Positions 44,484-54,500 of a stretch of 64,000 bases of DNA are shown piece by piece. Below the pieces are notes generated by a model. That model did not search any database and had not been told where the DNA came from. It worked only from the letters and a program-made list of their open reading frames with translations. The position numbers and the translations under genes were made by a program. The stretch comes from Candidatus Aminicenantes bacterium (GTDB taxonomy: Bacteria; Acidobacteriota; Aminicenantia; Aminicenantales; Saccharicenantaceae), in NCBI GenBank assembly GCA_963809345.1, contig CAWEJF010000006.1, forward strand, positions 21,242-85,241, given 5' to 3'. How positions within the stretch are numbered: the first letter of the stretch is position 1; each line of letters starts with the position of its first letter.

Positions 44484-46538
44484 ATGATCAAGAAACTGAT
44501 GCCGGCCGCTCTTCTGATAGCCCTTCCTGCTTTGCTATCTTTCGGCGCTGGCCAGAAGGTCGCCCTGCCCGACAGGTACAGGACTTGGCTCGATGAGGAG
44601 GTTGTCTATATCATTACGCCGCACGAACGGGATGTATTCCTTCAGCTCCAATCCGATAAGGAACGGGACATCTTTGTCGAGGCCTTCTGGAAACACCGAG
44701 ATTCCACACCCGAGACGCCCCGAAATGAGTTCAAGGAGGAGCACTATCGCCGTCTGGAATACGCCACAACGTTTTATGGGCGGAGCACGCCCCTTCCCGG
44801 GTGGCGTACAGATCGTGGCCGAATGTACATCATCCTCGGCGCTCCGAAGACGATCGAGCAGTTCGACAACACCAGCGGCGTTTACCCGGTCGAGATCTGG
44901 TTTTATCTGGGAAATCCGGAGCTCGGGCTTCCGACAGGTTTCAACCTCATCTTTTTCAAGCGGGCGGGGTTAGGGGATTATACGCTTTATTCGCCGGCCA
45001 ACGACGGACCTAAGAGTCTCATCGCCGACTCCATGGAAAATTTTCGGGATGACCAGTCTGCCTACAAGGCCCTTCAGCAACTCGCGCCGAATCTCGCACC
45101 GCAAACGTTGAGCCTGATCCCCGGCGAGTACGGTTCTGCCGGCAGAGGGTCTCTGGCCTCGGACAGGCTGATCGCCGAGATCAGCCGCTCGCCCCAGAAA
45201 AGGGTCCAAGTCGAATACGCTGACGCCATCCTCAAGTTCAAGGATATCGTCGAGGTCGAATACACTGCCAATTATATCGGCAGCGATGCCAATCTCCAGG
45301 TCATCGAGGATGTTTCCGGCACGTTTTTGGTCCATTATTCGATCGAACCGGCCAAGATTTCCGTGGAGGGCAGAGACGGAAAGTATGAGGCGCTCTTCCA
45401 GCTCGTGGGTCGCGTCTCCGACGCCCAGGGCCGGACGGTCTTCCAGTTTGACAAGAATTTTCCCTTCAACTTGACCTCGGCCGAGCTCGAAGATGTCCGG
45501 GCCAAGTCCATTTCCATCCAGGATGCTTTCCCCCTTACTCCCGGTACCTACACGTTCGATATCCTCTTGAAGAACGTCCTGTCCAAGGAATTCACAGGCG
45601 CCGAGCAGACGGTCATCGTTCCCGGACCCGGCGGGGCGGTCCGGATGAGTCCTCTCCTTCTGGCCTATGGGGTCGAAACGAGGCCGTCGCCCCCCGGCGA
45701 GCGTGTGCCCTTCAAGACCGGCGACCGCCAGCTGCTCTGCCAAACACGAAAGACGTTCAGTGCCAAGGAATCGGCCGTCCTTTTCTTCCAGATCTACAAC
45801 CTGACCGAAGAGCTCAAGACTTCAGGGACACTCCGCTACGATTTCTTGCGGGAGGACAAGGACTTCCTGACGAGAACGAACCGGGTCGCGGACGCTCGGC
45901 GGGGGGCGGACGTCTTCGACGTCCAGCCGCTCGCGGCCTTCTCGCCAGGCTATTACCAAGTCCGGGTCACCCTTCTTGACGGTCAGGATCATGAGGTGGC
46001 AAGCGCCAAGGCGAACTTCGAGATATCGCTCGCTGCGGGGGTCCCCAGGCCCCTGATTCTGGCGAAGGTCGTCCCGGCAATAAGGACCGAAGATGATCTG
46101 TTCACAACCGGCGTTCAGCTCCTGAACATAGGAGACCTCGAGGCGGCCCGAAACCGTCTCGCCGACGCGCACGGCCGCAACCCGGCCCGGCCCGATATTG
46201 CCATCGCCTATAGCCAAGCCCTCCTCCGTTCCAACGCGTTTCGCCGCGCTAAAGAAGTTCTCGTCCCGTTCGCCGGCGGGCCGGAACCGGTAGCCGACGT
46301 TCTGGCTCTGTTGGGCCGGGCCTGCCTCGCCCTCGGGGACTACTCGGAAGCTGTGACCCATTACAACGCCTATCTCACCCGGTTCGGGGCGAACATCGAA
46401 ATCCTGAATGACTTGGGGACATGCCAGTTCCAGCTCGGGAACAGGGAGGAGGCCGTCAAGACCTGGACGAAATCTCTGGAGCTCAGCCCGAACCAGGACA
46501 AGATTCGGACGCTTCTCGAGTCCCTCAACAAGAAATAG
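44484..46538 (+). CDS. GWxTD domain-containing protein with C-terminal TPRs
   Basis: WLDEEVVYIIT, FWKHRD and GWRTDRGRMYIILG; TPR helices at the C-terminus; signal peptide. Confidence 0.92.
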   Translation: MIKKLMPAALLIALPALLSFGAGQKVALPDRYRTWLDEEVVYIITPHERDVFLQLQSDKERDIFVEAFWKHRDSTPETPRNEFKEEHYRRLEYATTFYGRSTPLPGWRTDRGRMYIILGAPKTIEQFDNTSGVYPVEIWFYLGNPELGLPTGFNLIFFKRAGLGDYTLYSPANDGPKSLIADSMENFRDDQSAYKALQQLAPNLAPQTLSLIPGEYGSAGRGSLASDRLIAEISRSPQKRVQVEYADAILKFKDIVEVEYTANYIGSDANLQVIEDVSGTFLVHYSIEPAKISVEGRDGKYEALFQLVGRVSDAQGRTVFQFDKNFPFNLTSAELEDVRAKSISIQDAFPLTPGTYTFDILLKNVLSKEFTGAEQTVIVPGPGGAVRMSPLLLAYGVETRPSPPGERVPFKTGDRQLLCQTRKTFSAKESAVLFFQIYNLTEELKTSGTLRYDFLREDKDFLTRTNRVADARRGADVFDVQPLAAFSPGYYQVRVTLLDGQDHEVASAKANFEISLAAGVPRPLILAKVVPAIRTEDDLFTTGVQLLNIGDLEAARNRLADAHGRNPARPDIAIAYSQALLRSNAFRRAKEVLVPFAGGPEPVADVLALLGRACLALGDYSEAVTHYNAYLTRFGANIEILNDLGTCQFQLGNREEAVKTWTKSLELSPNQDKIRTLLESLNKK

Positions 46539-46606
46539 CGGTTTGTGCTGGCGGTGCTGTTGAAAACCATCGCTCAAAGCGGTATCGTTGGGTTCTTTAC
46601 AAGAAT

Positions 46607-48958
46607 ATGAGAATAACGAAACGGATCATCGCGGGCGCGGCCGGGGCGCTGATCCTCGGCGCCTGCCTTTGGCTCTTCCTACGCCCTGAACCGGATCCGG
46701 CCCGCCGGGTCGCCAAGCTCTGGGCTTCCCGGGGCGTCGATAAGCCGAATGTCATCCTCATTACTCTCGACACCACCCGGGCAGATCATCTCGCCTGCTA
46801 CGGCTATCCCGACGTGAGGACGCCCAACCTGGATGCTCTCGCCGGCCGGGGGGTTCTGTTCGAGCAAGCAGCCACGTCATCCCCGCTCACACTCCCCGCC
46901 CATTGTTCGATCATGACCGGAATGTATCCGACCTACCACGGCGTCCGGGTCAACGGGAATACAGCGCTCAGCCAGGAACAGACCACGATCGCTGAGGTCC
47001 TCTCATCCCGGGGCTACCAGTGCGGGGCCTTTATCGGGGCCTTCGTTCTGGATGGCCGCTGGGGGCTTAATCAGGGCTTCCAGCATTACGACGACCAGTT
47101 CGACCTGAAAAAATATAAGCACATTGACCTTGGAGCGGTCCAAAGACCCGGCAGCGAGGTGATGGACGCTGCTCTCACCTGGCTGGATGGGGAAAAGTCC
47201 CACCCCTTCTTCGCCTGGATCCATCTTTACGATCCCCATGCCCCCTATGAGCCGCCGGAGCCTTACTATTCCGAATATAGCTTGCGGGGGAGGATCGGCC
47301 TCTACGACGGCGAGATCGCCTCGATGGACGAACAGATCGGACGGTGCGTCGCCTGGTTAGAGAAGAACGGCCTGAGTCGGAACACTGTCATCGTCCTCGT
47401 CGGCGACCACGGTGAAGGACTGGGGAGCCATGGGGAGGGAACTCATGGCTATTTCATCTATGACTACGCTGCCCACGTCCCCCTTATCATCTCGACTCCC
47501 CTTCGGGGTCTGCAGGGCGTCCGCGTTTCCTCGCAGGTTCGAGCGGTTGATGTCTTTCCGACGATCCTTGGGCTTATCGGGGCCGAAAGCCGGGCCGGCG
47601 TCCAAGGCCGGTCGACCCTCCCGCTGATGTTCCAGCCGAAATCCCAGAGGGAAGATCCCGCCTATGGAGAATCCATGGCGCCCAGCATCCAGTTCGGTTG
47701 GAGCCCGCTCAAGTTCCTGAGGACGACACGATACAAGTATATCGATGCCCCAAGGGCCGAGCTTTACGACATCGCCCAGGACACCGACGAACAAATCAAC
47801 CTCTGGGGGGACCGTCCGGATATCGCCCGGCGGATGAAGGCCGAACTGGACCGGCTGACGACAGAAACCAGCCGTGGGGCCCCGACCCCCCAAGCGGCTG
47901 ACCTGGATAAGGAGACCGTAGAGAGGTTGGCCGCTCTCGGCTATGTCGGAACGCCGACCAGCATGAAAAAGCCTTCCAGCAGCGATCCACGGGCGCTGGC
48001 CGATCCCAAGGATAAGCTCCCCGTTTTTATCTCGATCCAGGAGGCCGGCGAACTGATCACGCAAGACCAATATGCCGAGGCCGCCGAGAAGCTGGAGGCG
48101 GCGCTGAGGGGCGAGCCGGCGATGCCGCAGGCCCTGCTCCAGCTGGCCACTTGCTATACGGAGTTGGGCCGGATCGAAGAGGCCAAAACCAAGCTCGATT
48201 CGGTTCTGAAAGACGATCCCGAGAATGTCCAGGCGCTTATCAGCTTCGCCAACATTCTTCTCAGCGAAGGAAAGAATGAAGACGTCCTGGCCCTCTGCAA
48301 ACGAACGCTGTCTGTGGACGAAAGAAGCGTGCAAGCTTATATGCTCATCGGAGAGGTCTATATGGGTGAGCAGGACCATGCCGCGGCCCTGCCCTATCTC
48401 GAAAGGGCGGCTGAGATCCAACCGAAGCTGACCCGTAACCGCCTCAACCTGGCCGCCGCGTTGGTCGGGGTCAAGCAATATGCCCGGGCCGAAACGATGC
48501 TGAAGGACATTGTCCGGGAATTCCCGAAATCGCCGCGGGCGAGATACAACCTGGGGCTTCTTTATGAAGAGCAGGGAAGGCTCGAAGAGGCCAAGGCCGC
48601 CTATGCCGAAGAGGCCGCAGCTTTCCCCTGGGAATTCCAGGCCTGGTTCAATCTGGGCAAGATCCTCTTGAAGTTCGGTGACCTGAACGGATACATGGAG
48701 AACATGCGGCAGGTGGTCAAAGTGGCCCCCCGGCAGCCCGAGGGATACCTGTTTCTCGCTCGCGGCCTGCTCCGCATGGAGGCGCCGCTCGACGAGATCC
48801 AGGGGCTCGTCGAAAAAGGGCTTGGTGTGGCCGAGACGTCCGAACTCCAGGCCTTCGGCTATTTTCTCCTGGCGGATATCTATGAACGGCGGCATCAGCC
48901 GGAGAAGATGACTGAGGCCCTGCGAAAAGCCAACTCGTTGAAAGCTAAAAAGGAGTGA
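46607..48958 (+). CDS. Sulfatase-like (alkaline phosphatase superfamily) hydrolase with TPR repeats
   Basis: LITLDTTRADH, PLTLPAH..TG, WIHLYDPH, YDGEI..MD and GDHGE; N-terminal anchor; TPR tail. Confidence 0.88.
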   Translation: MRITKRIIAGAAGALILGACLWLFLRPEPDPARRVAKLWASRGVDKPNVILITLDTTRADHLACYGYPDVRTPNLDALAGRGVLFEQAATSSPLTLPAHCSIMTGMYPTYHGVRVNGNTALSQEQTTIAEVLSSRGYQCGAFIGAFVLDGRWGLNQGFQHYDDQFDLKKYKHIDLGAVQRPGSEVMDAALTWLDGEKSHPFFAWIHLYDPHAPYEPPEPYYSEYSLRGRIGLYDGEIASMDEQIGRCVAWLEKNGLSRNTVIVLVGDHGEGLGSHGEGTHGYFIYDYAAHVPLIISTPLRGLQGVRVSSQVRAVDVFPTILGLIGAESRAGVQGRSTLPLMFQPKSQREDPAYGESMAPSIQFGWSPLKFLRTTRYKYIDAPRAELYDIAQDTDEQINLWGDRPDIARRMKAELDRLTTETSRGAPTPQAADLDKETVERLAALGYVGTPTSMKKPSSSDPRALADPKDKLPVFISIQEAGELITQDQYAEAAEKLEAALRGEPAMPQALLQLATCYTELGRIEEAKTKLDSVLKDDPENVQALISFANILLSEGKNEDVLALCKRTLSVDERSVQAYMLIGEVYMGEQDHAAALPYLERAAEIQPKLTRNRLNLAAALVGVKQYARAETMLKDIVREFPKSPRARYNLGLLYEEQGRLEEAKAAYAEEAAAFPWEFQAWFNLGKILLKFGDLNGYMENMRQVVKVAPRQPEGYLFLARGLLRMEAPLDEIQGLVEKGLGVAETSELQAFGYFLLADIYERRHQPEKMTEALRKANSLKAKKE

Positions 48959-48961
48959 ATC

Positions 48962-49945
48962 ATGAGATATCGGATTGGTCAAAAGATCTTCTTGCTTGTC
49001 GTCTTGATCGGTTCGGCCATGATCCTTCCCGGCTTCGGCCAGTACCGCGAATACTACGTTTTTGGAAACGTCGTGGATACCCAGAAGAATCCTCTGGACG
49101 GAGTCGAGATCACCGTCCGGGACGTTCTCTCAAATCGAAGCTTCACGGTCAAGACGAAAAAGGACGGGGCGTTCAAGTTTGCCGGTTTGCCTCATGCCAC
49201 GTACAAAGTCGTTTTTAAGAAAGAGGGCTATGCCGTCAAGGAGGATGATTGGAAGCTTGCGACGCCGCAAGATACCATGAAGAGAATGGAAATCCCTGCC
49301 GTCGTGTTGGCCTCGCAGGCCCAGGTCGCGGAGGCGGGGCGTCTCAAAGAAATGGAGGGAGAGGTCAAGGAGGCGTTCGGCAAGATCGGACAACAAAAGG
49401 ATTATGACGGGGCCATCACCCTCCTAAAAGATGTGCTGGCCAAGAACCCCAACGATACCAACGCGCTCTACCTGATTGGATTGAGCTACTCCAAGAAAGA
49501 GATGTACGCGGAGGCCATCGCGGCCTTGGGCCAGGTCGTTGATCTGGTCCCGAAGTTCCCTCCCGCTCACTTTGAACTGGCGGTCTGCTACCAAAAGCAG
49601 GGGGAGAAAGAAAAGGCCCTCGATCTTTACCAAAAAACACTCGAGCTCGACCCCGGGAATCCGGATGCCGCCTATAACGCCGGCCTGATCCTCTTTGGCC
49701 TCAACCGCGTCGACGAGGCCCTGGCGAACTTCGAGCGGGCGCGGAAAGTCAAGCCGGGCGATCCGGAATATCTGGAGATGGCCGGGCGCTGCTATATCAA
49801 CCAGGGGAACTTTTCCAAGGCCATCGAATACCTGGAGCAGGTCAAAGGCCTCCTGACCGACCCGGAAAGGGTTAAATCCCTGGACGATCTGATCGCCAAA
49901 CTCAAAGAGCAAATCAAGAAGTCGCCTCATCGAGTCCGGAATTAG
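48962..49945 (+). CDS. Carboxypeptidase-regulatory-like beta-sandwich plus TPR protein
   Basis: GNVVD..NPLDGVEITV..GAFKFAGL..KKEGY, followed by several TPRs; signal peptide. Confidence 0.85.
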   Translation: MRYRIGQKIFLLVVLIGSAMILPGFGQYREYYVFGNVVDTQKNPLDGVEITVRDVLSNRSFTVKTKKDGAFKFAGLPHATYKVVFKKEGYAVKEDDWKLATPQDTMKRMEIPAVVLASQAQVAEAGRLKEMEGEVKEAFGKIGQQKDYDGAITLLKDVLAKNPNDTNALYLIGLSYSKKEMYAEAIAALGQVVDLVPKFPPAHFELAVCYQKQGEKEKALDLYQKTLELDPGNPDAAYNAGLILFGLNRVDEALANFERARKVKPGDPEYLEMAGRCYINQGNFSKAIEYLEQVKGLLTDPERVKSLDDLIAKLKEQIKKSPHRVRN

Positions 49946-49954
49946 AATATCGGC

Positions 49955-49983
49955 TTGACAAGAGGAAATCAAAATTATATTTA
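49955..49983 (+). promoter_or_regulatory. Promoter of the TonB receptor gene
   Basis: TTGACA followed by an AT-rich -10 region (TATATT/TATTTA). Confidence 0.45.
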
Positions 49984-50140
49984 GAAGACAGAATATTTCA
50001 CGACATCATGGACATCGAGAGATCCGGACAGGAGGAAAACCAAGGAGAAATGAGACAAACACGGAGCGTGCGGTTGCTTCTGATGGCCAGTCCGGATGAA
50101 GCAGGGGTTCAAGGGAAGAAGGTCTGAAGGAGAACGGATC

Positions 50141-53100
50141 ATGCACAAAACGCGAAGATTTGCCTTGATGATCTTCGTCCTCGGGCTCGGTTTTTTTATC
50201 ATGAACGTGAGCGTTGCCCGGGCCCAATCCATCCTCGAGGGCAAGATAACGGGAACGATCACCGATGATAATGGCGAGCCCCTTCCCGGAGCGAGCGTAG
50301 AGATCACGAGCCCCGCCTTGATGGGGAAGCGTTCCGCCGCCACATCGGCGAAGGGGACATTTGTCTTCCTCAGTCTGCCCAGCGGGAGCTATAAACTCAC
50401 CGCGTCCTTGCCCAGTTTCAAGACCGTCACTCAGGAAGGCATTGGAGTGAGGGCAGGCGGCTCCGTCGTCATCAACCTGGCCTTGCCGGTGGGGGCGATC
50501 GAGGAGACGGTGACGGTGACCGGCGAGGCGCCTATCGTCGACGTCAAGAACTCGAACATCGACGCCAAGATCGACCAGGCCATGCTGGCCAAGCTGCCGA
50601 CCAGCCGCGATTCGTTCTATGACCTGTCGCTCTCGACGCCAGGCATGTTCGACGTGGGCAAGAACGTCATGGGGAGTCCGACCGCCTACGGCGGGTCGAC
50701 CTCGGAGAATATCTTCCTGGTGAACGGGCTGGATACGACCGACCCGGCCGGTTCGGGCTACGGCTCGATGATCAAGGTGAATTACGACAACGTCCAGGAG
50801 GTCCGCCTTATCGCCCTTGGCAGCAAGGCGGAATACGGCAACTTCTCGGGCGTGGCCATCGACGTCATCACCAAGTCCGGCAGCGACAAGTTCATGGGCT
50901 CGGTGAGCGCCTACAGCCAGCTCGGCACGCCCAAAGGCCAAACGCTCACAGCCGGCGAATTGGGCCGGGATTGGCTGTATCTCGAACCCGGGGACGATTA
51001 TCGGTCCTATCCCAAGTCGAACGTCGAACTAGACCTGACCTTGGGCGGCCCGTTCTTTTCGGACAAAGTCTGGTTCTTCGGAGCGCTCAACTACCTGAAC
51101 GGCCGAAACAAGGAGCTCAACTGGGAGCCCATCTCTCGATCCACCGGAAGGTACGGCGACTTCAAGCTTACCAGCACGCCTATCAAGAACAACCATGCTT
51201 GGATCTCATATCATTATGAGAACAACAACGGCGGGGGGATAACCGACGGGAGCCTGGACTGGGATCCCTCAACGGCCTATGATTACTATAGCCAAAGCCA
51301 CTCGGTCTCTTCCCAATGGCAATGGTTCCCCAGTACGGCGACGTTCCTCTCGGTGAAACTCTTGGGCTTTTGGGTCAATGACAGAAACCAGCTTCCGGCC
51401 GACGCCCCGAACCACCCGGGGTATGTCAATTGGTGGAAGGGCGTGCCCTTCGATTCCATGGTCGGCGGGGCCTTCTCAGGGGCGAACAAACGCCTGACCA
51501 GCCGGACGACCCTACAGGCTGACCTGTCGCATTATGCCGAGAATTTCCTCGGCGAACACGATATCAAGCTCGGCGTTCAATACACTCGGGGCCGCCTGAA
51601 GAGCACGAGCGGGTCCTTTTTCGGAGAAGAGCTCATCGATCCGAATACCGATGAGAACCTCGGCTTCTTCGGGGTGTATCCCAGCGCGTACCCCTATCGC
51701 TGGACCTATAAGATCGAATACCTCCAGAGCTGGTACTATGACTACGACGGCTTGATGTTCTATACCTACAAGAATTATGACAAGCCCCACCGCACGGTCC
51801 GGACGTCCGACGGCCTGGGCTTCTTCTTCGACGATCAATGGTCGCCGACTAAACGCCTGACCTTGAACCTCGGCCTGCGCTACGACAAGATGACCGCCAA
51901 GTTCGGCCCGGGCCAGATGCTGGAACAGCCGACCTCTCCCGCGGCCTGGCAGGACCCGCTCACGGTAACGCGCGATCGCGAGGGCTCGAACAACCTGTTC
52001 GACTTCAATAACTGGTCCCCGCGAGTCGGTCTCACCTACGCGCTGACCCCGGACCGGAAGACCGTTTTCCGGGCCAGTTTCGGCCGGTACTATACCCCCA
52101 TCGGCGTTGAGAGCTTCGGGGGCGGCGGGCCCGATCTGGACCGCACCTATACGCTCAAGGAGTATTATTCCATTCCCTGGGACGGTCTCGACCTGAACGG
52201 AGATGGCTACATCGCAGGCAGCGAGTTCGCCAACGCCGCCCGTAAGATACCCAGCTTGACCCCCATCAATGCCGTGTTGGACAACGGCGACTGGCTGAAC
52301 GTCTTTGAGTTCAGTGATCCTTCCTGGCAACGGAAGGTCCAGTCCGGCATGAAAAACCAGCATACGGACCAATGGACCGTCAATCTCGAGCGCGAGCTCT
52401 TCAAGAATTTCTCGGTATCGGCCACCTACATCAACCGGGTGACCAAGGATGTCATCGTGCAATGGCCCCTGAATGAGGTCACTCTGGAGCCCTGGGAATA
52501 CGAGATCAAGACCCAGATCGTCAACGGCCAGGAGGTCTCCCTTTACAGTGTTGTCCTGAAGGATTATGACGGCAGCGGCGGCCCTCCCAACGGCGATGAC
52601 ATCCAGTGGATCTACCGCCACCAGGACAACGAGTGGCGCAACATGCCGGACATGCCGATCCAGGCCGGGGGGCCGGACGTCAAGGCCGAGCGCAGGTTCC
52701 GAGGTCTCCAGGTGACCTTTAACAAACGCTATGACAACCGCTGGCAGTTGATGGGCTCTCTCCTGTTCAACAAATCGACCGGGTTTGCGGGCCGCAACAA
52801 ACGCCAAGACCAGGATTACAACATGGAAGGCACGAACATCTGGTCCGATACATGGCTGGGCGGCCTCAACCAGACCATCAACAACATGACCGGCCCGATG
52901 CCGTTCACCCCGCGCTTTGAATTCAAGATAAACGGCAACTACACTATCCCCAAGATCGAGGTCGACCTGGGCCTTCGCTTCCGCCTGCACACGGGCCGTC
53001 CCGTATGGGTCCTGTCGTCATTCCGCCAGCTCGATCCGTACAATTATGACGGAGCTACTGAAGAGGAGCGGGCGCATTGGCCGATCATCCTCCAATCAGG

Positions 53101-53380
53101 GATGGAAGGCCAGATCGTGGCCCAGGATCCCACCAAACCATTGTATATGCCCATCCTGAGCATCCTGGACTTGCGACTGGAAAAGAGTTTCAGTGTCGGC
53201 CGCGGCAAGATACGGGCCATGCTCGATGGGTTCAACATTCTCGGCAGCAAGGCCGTGACCAACGCCATGGTCAAGAAGGTTCCAGTTCCGGACTCGGACA
53301 TTCTGCTCAGGGATGTCGGTCGGGTCGTCGGCTTAGTCAATCCCCGCTACTTCCGTCTGGGCCTTATGTACTCTTTCTGA
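50141..53380 (+). CDS. TonB-dependent receptor, Oar-type with N-terminal carboxypeptidase-regulatory-like domain
   Basis: ITGTITDDNGEPLPGASV, plug AEYGNFSGVAIDVITKSG, LTLNLGLRYD, WSPRVGLTY; C-terminal GLMYSF. Confidence 0.92.
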   Translation: MHKTRRFALMIFVLGLGFFIMNVSVARAQSILEGKITGTITDDNGEPLPGASVEITSPALMGKRSAATSAKGTFVFLSLPSGSYKLTASLPSFKTVTQEGIGVRAGGSVVINLALPVGAIEETVTVTGEAPIVDVKNSNIDAKIDQAMLAKLPTSRDSFYDLSLSTPGMFDVGKNVMGSPTAYGGSTSENIFLVNGLDTTDPAGSGYGSMIKVNYDNVQEVRLIALGSKAEYGNFSGVAIDVITKSGSDKFMGSVSAYSQLGTPKGQTLTAGELGRDWLYLEPGDDYRSYPKSNVELDLTLGGPFFSDKVWFFGALNYLNGRNKELNWEPISRSTGRYGDFKLTSTPIKNNHAWISYHYENNNGGGITDGSLDWDPSTAYDYYSQSHSVSSQWQWFPSTATFLSVKLLGFWVNDRNQLPADAPNHPGYVNWWKGVPFDSMVGGAFSGANKRLTSRTTLQADLSHYAENFLGEHDIKLGVQYTRGRLKSTSGSFFGEELIDPNTDENLGFFGVYPSAYPYRWTYKIEYLQSWYYDYDGLMFYTYKNYDKPHRTVRTSDGLGFFFDDQWSPTKRLTLNLGLRYDKMTAKFGPGQMLEQPTSPAAWQDPLTVTRDREGSNNLFDFNNWSPRVGLTYALTPDRKTVFRASFGRYYTPIGVESFGGGGPDLDRTYTLKEYYSIPWDGLDLNGDGYIAGSEFANAARKIPSLTPINAVLDNGDWLNVFEFSDPSWQRKVQSGMKNQHTDQWTVNLERELFKNFSVSATYINRVTKDVIVQWPLNEVTLEPWEYEIKTQIVNGQEVSLYSVVLKDYDGSGGPPNGDDIQWIYRHQDNEWRNMPDMPIQAGGPDVKAERRFRGLQVTFNKRYDNRWQLMGSLLFNKSTGFAGRNKRQDQDYNMEGTNIWSDTWLGGLNQTINNMTGPMPFTPRFEFKINGNYTIPKIEVDLGLRFRLHTGRPVWVLSSFRQLDPYNYDGATEEERAHWPIILQSGMEGQIVAQDPTKPLYMPILSILDLRLEKSFSVGRGKIRAMLDGFNILGSKAVTNAMVKKVPVPDSDILLRDVGRVVGLVNPRYFRLGLMYSF

Positions 53381-53402
53381 TCCGGCCCACCGATCGATCT
53401 CC

Positions 53403-53437
53403 AGAGCCTGGAGGGTCAGCACCCTCCAGGCTCTTTT
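53403..53437 (+). terminator. Intrinsic terminator of the TonB receptor gene
   Basis: AGAGCCTGGAGGG/CCCTCCAGGCTCT stem followed by TTT. Confidence 0.8.
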
Positions 53438-53458
53438 CTATTTCGTCGCTGAGTCGAT

Positions 53459-53625
53459 GGGCCTTCTCCGGGGCGGCCCTCTCTCCGGCTTGGCTCAGGG
53501 TATTGCCTCTAGCTCCCCGACCCCGGGAACCCGTTCGTGCGGTTCCCCCCGCTTCGCGGGTCCCCCCTCCACCACGGGGATCTTCGAGGCAACACCCGTC
53601 GCCGCCTCGAGAAAAAGCCCCGGAG
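53459..53625. repeat. Structured ~140-nt repeat element, copy B
   Basis: Aligns end-to-end with 39383-39520; flanking IR CTCCGGGGC/GCCCCGGAG. Confidence 0.85.
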
Positions 53626-53650
53626 CGGGCGTGGACCAAAAGGCCGCAGA

Positions 53651-54500
53651 TCAGCCCCCCTGCAGCAGTCGATCTATCCTGACCAGGGCGTAGCCCCTGG
53701 CCTTGAGCTCCCTGATCAGGTCGCCGAGGCGAAGGTAGAACTTGTCCGTTCTCTCCGGGTCCGTCCCGATGTGGATGAGAAGGATGAAGCCGTTGAGGCC
53801 GTGGGGGTCCTATCTGCTCGTAGGCGAGGATGCGGTCGTAGATCGTCTGTGACGGGAGATACTCGGGCATGGACGGCGTCGTGTAGTCGGCGTTGGAGGA
53901 CGTTCCGGGTGTGAAATTGAAGAGGACGAGCCCTATCTCGCGCGACCAGGCCGCGATGTCCCGGTTGTACCATTCGTAGGGCGGTATGAAGAGGTGCCGC
54001 CTTTCGCGGGCGATGCCGAACCGCTCCATCTCCCGGAAATTCGCCTCGATGTCGGCCCGGAATGACTCGCGGCTGACGAGCGTCTTCTCGCGGTCGTCCC
54101 AGGGGCAATAGAGAAGGTGGCGGTCCGAGTGCGGTCCCAGATAGTGGCCGTCCGCGACGAGCCCCCGGATGACGGGCTCGAATTCCGGCGTCCGGTAGAA
54201 ATCGCCGGTGAAGAAGAAACCCGCTTTGACGCCCTCCTCGCGGAGGACCCGGCGGATATGATCGCCGCCGTCGCCGAACGAACCGCCGGTAAAAATGAGG
54301 GCCATCCGAGGGAGGGATGTGTCGGCCCGGACGATGCCGTCGTGGTCGCAGAGAAAGACCCGACAGGGATCGGCGGCGCCGGCCTTCGGCCCGTCCGCCC
54401 GGCAGCCCGGGGCGAAAAGGGCCATGACGAGGGCCAGACCGGCCGTCAGGCCCCCGGCGGCAGCCGGCCGGCGGCGCGGCGGCCGGCGGGTCCGGGTCAT
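53651..54500 (-). pseudogene. NodB polysaccharide deacetylase-family lipoprotein with a +1 frameshift near 53810
   Basis: Frame 1: lipobox APGC, GPHSDRH and FIPPY. After one extra base the next frame gives DPHGLNGFILLIHIG..GYALVRIDRLL*. Confidence 0.8.
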
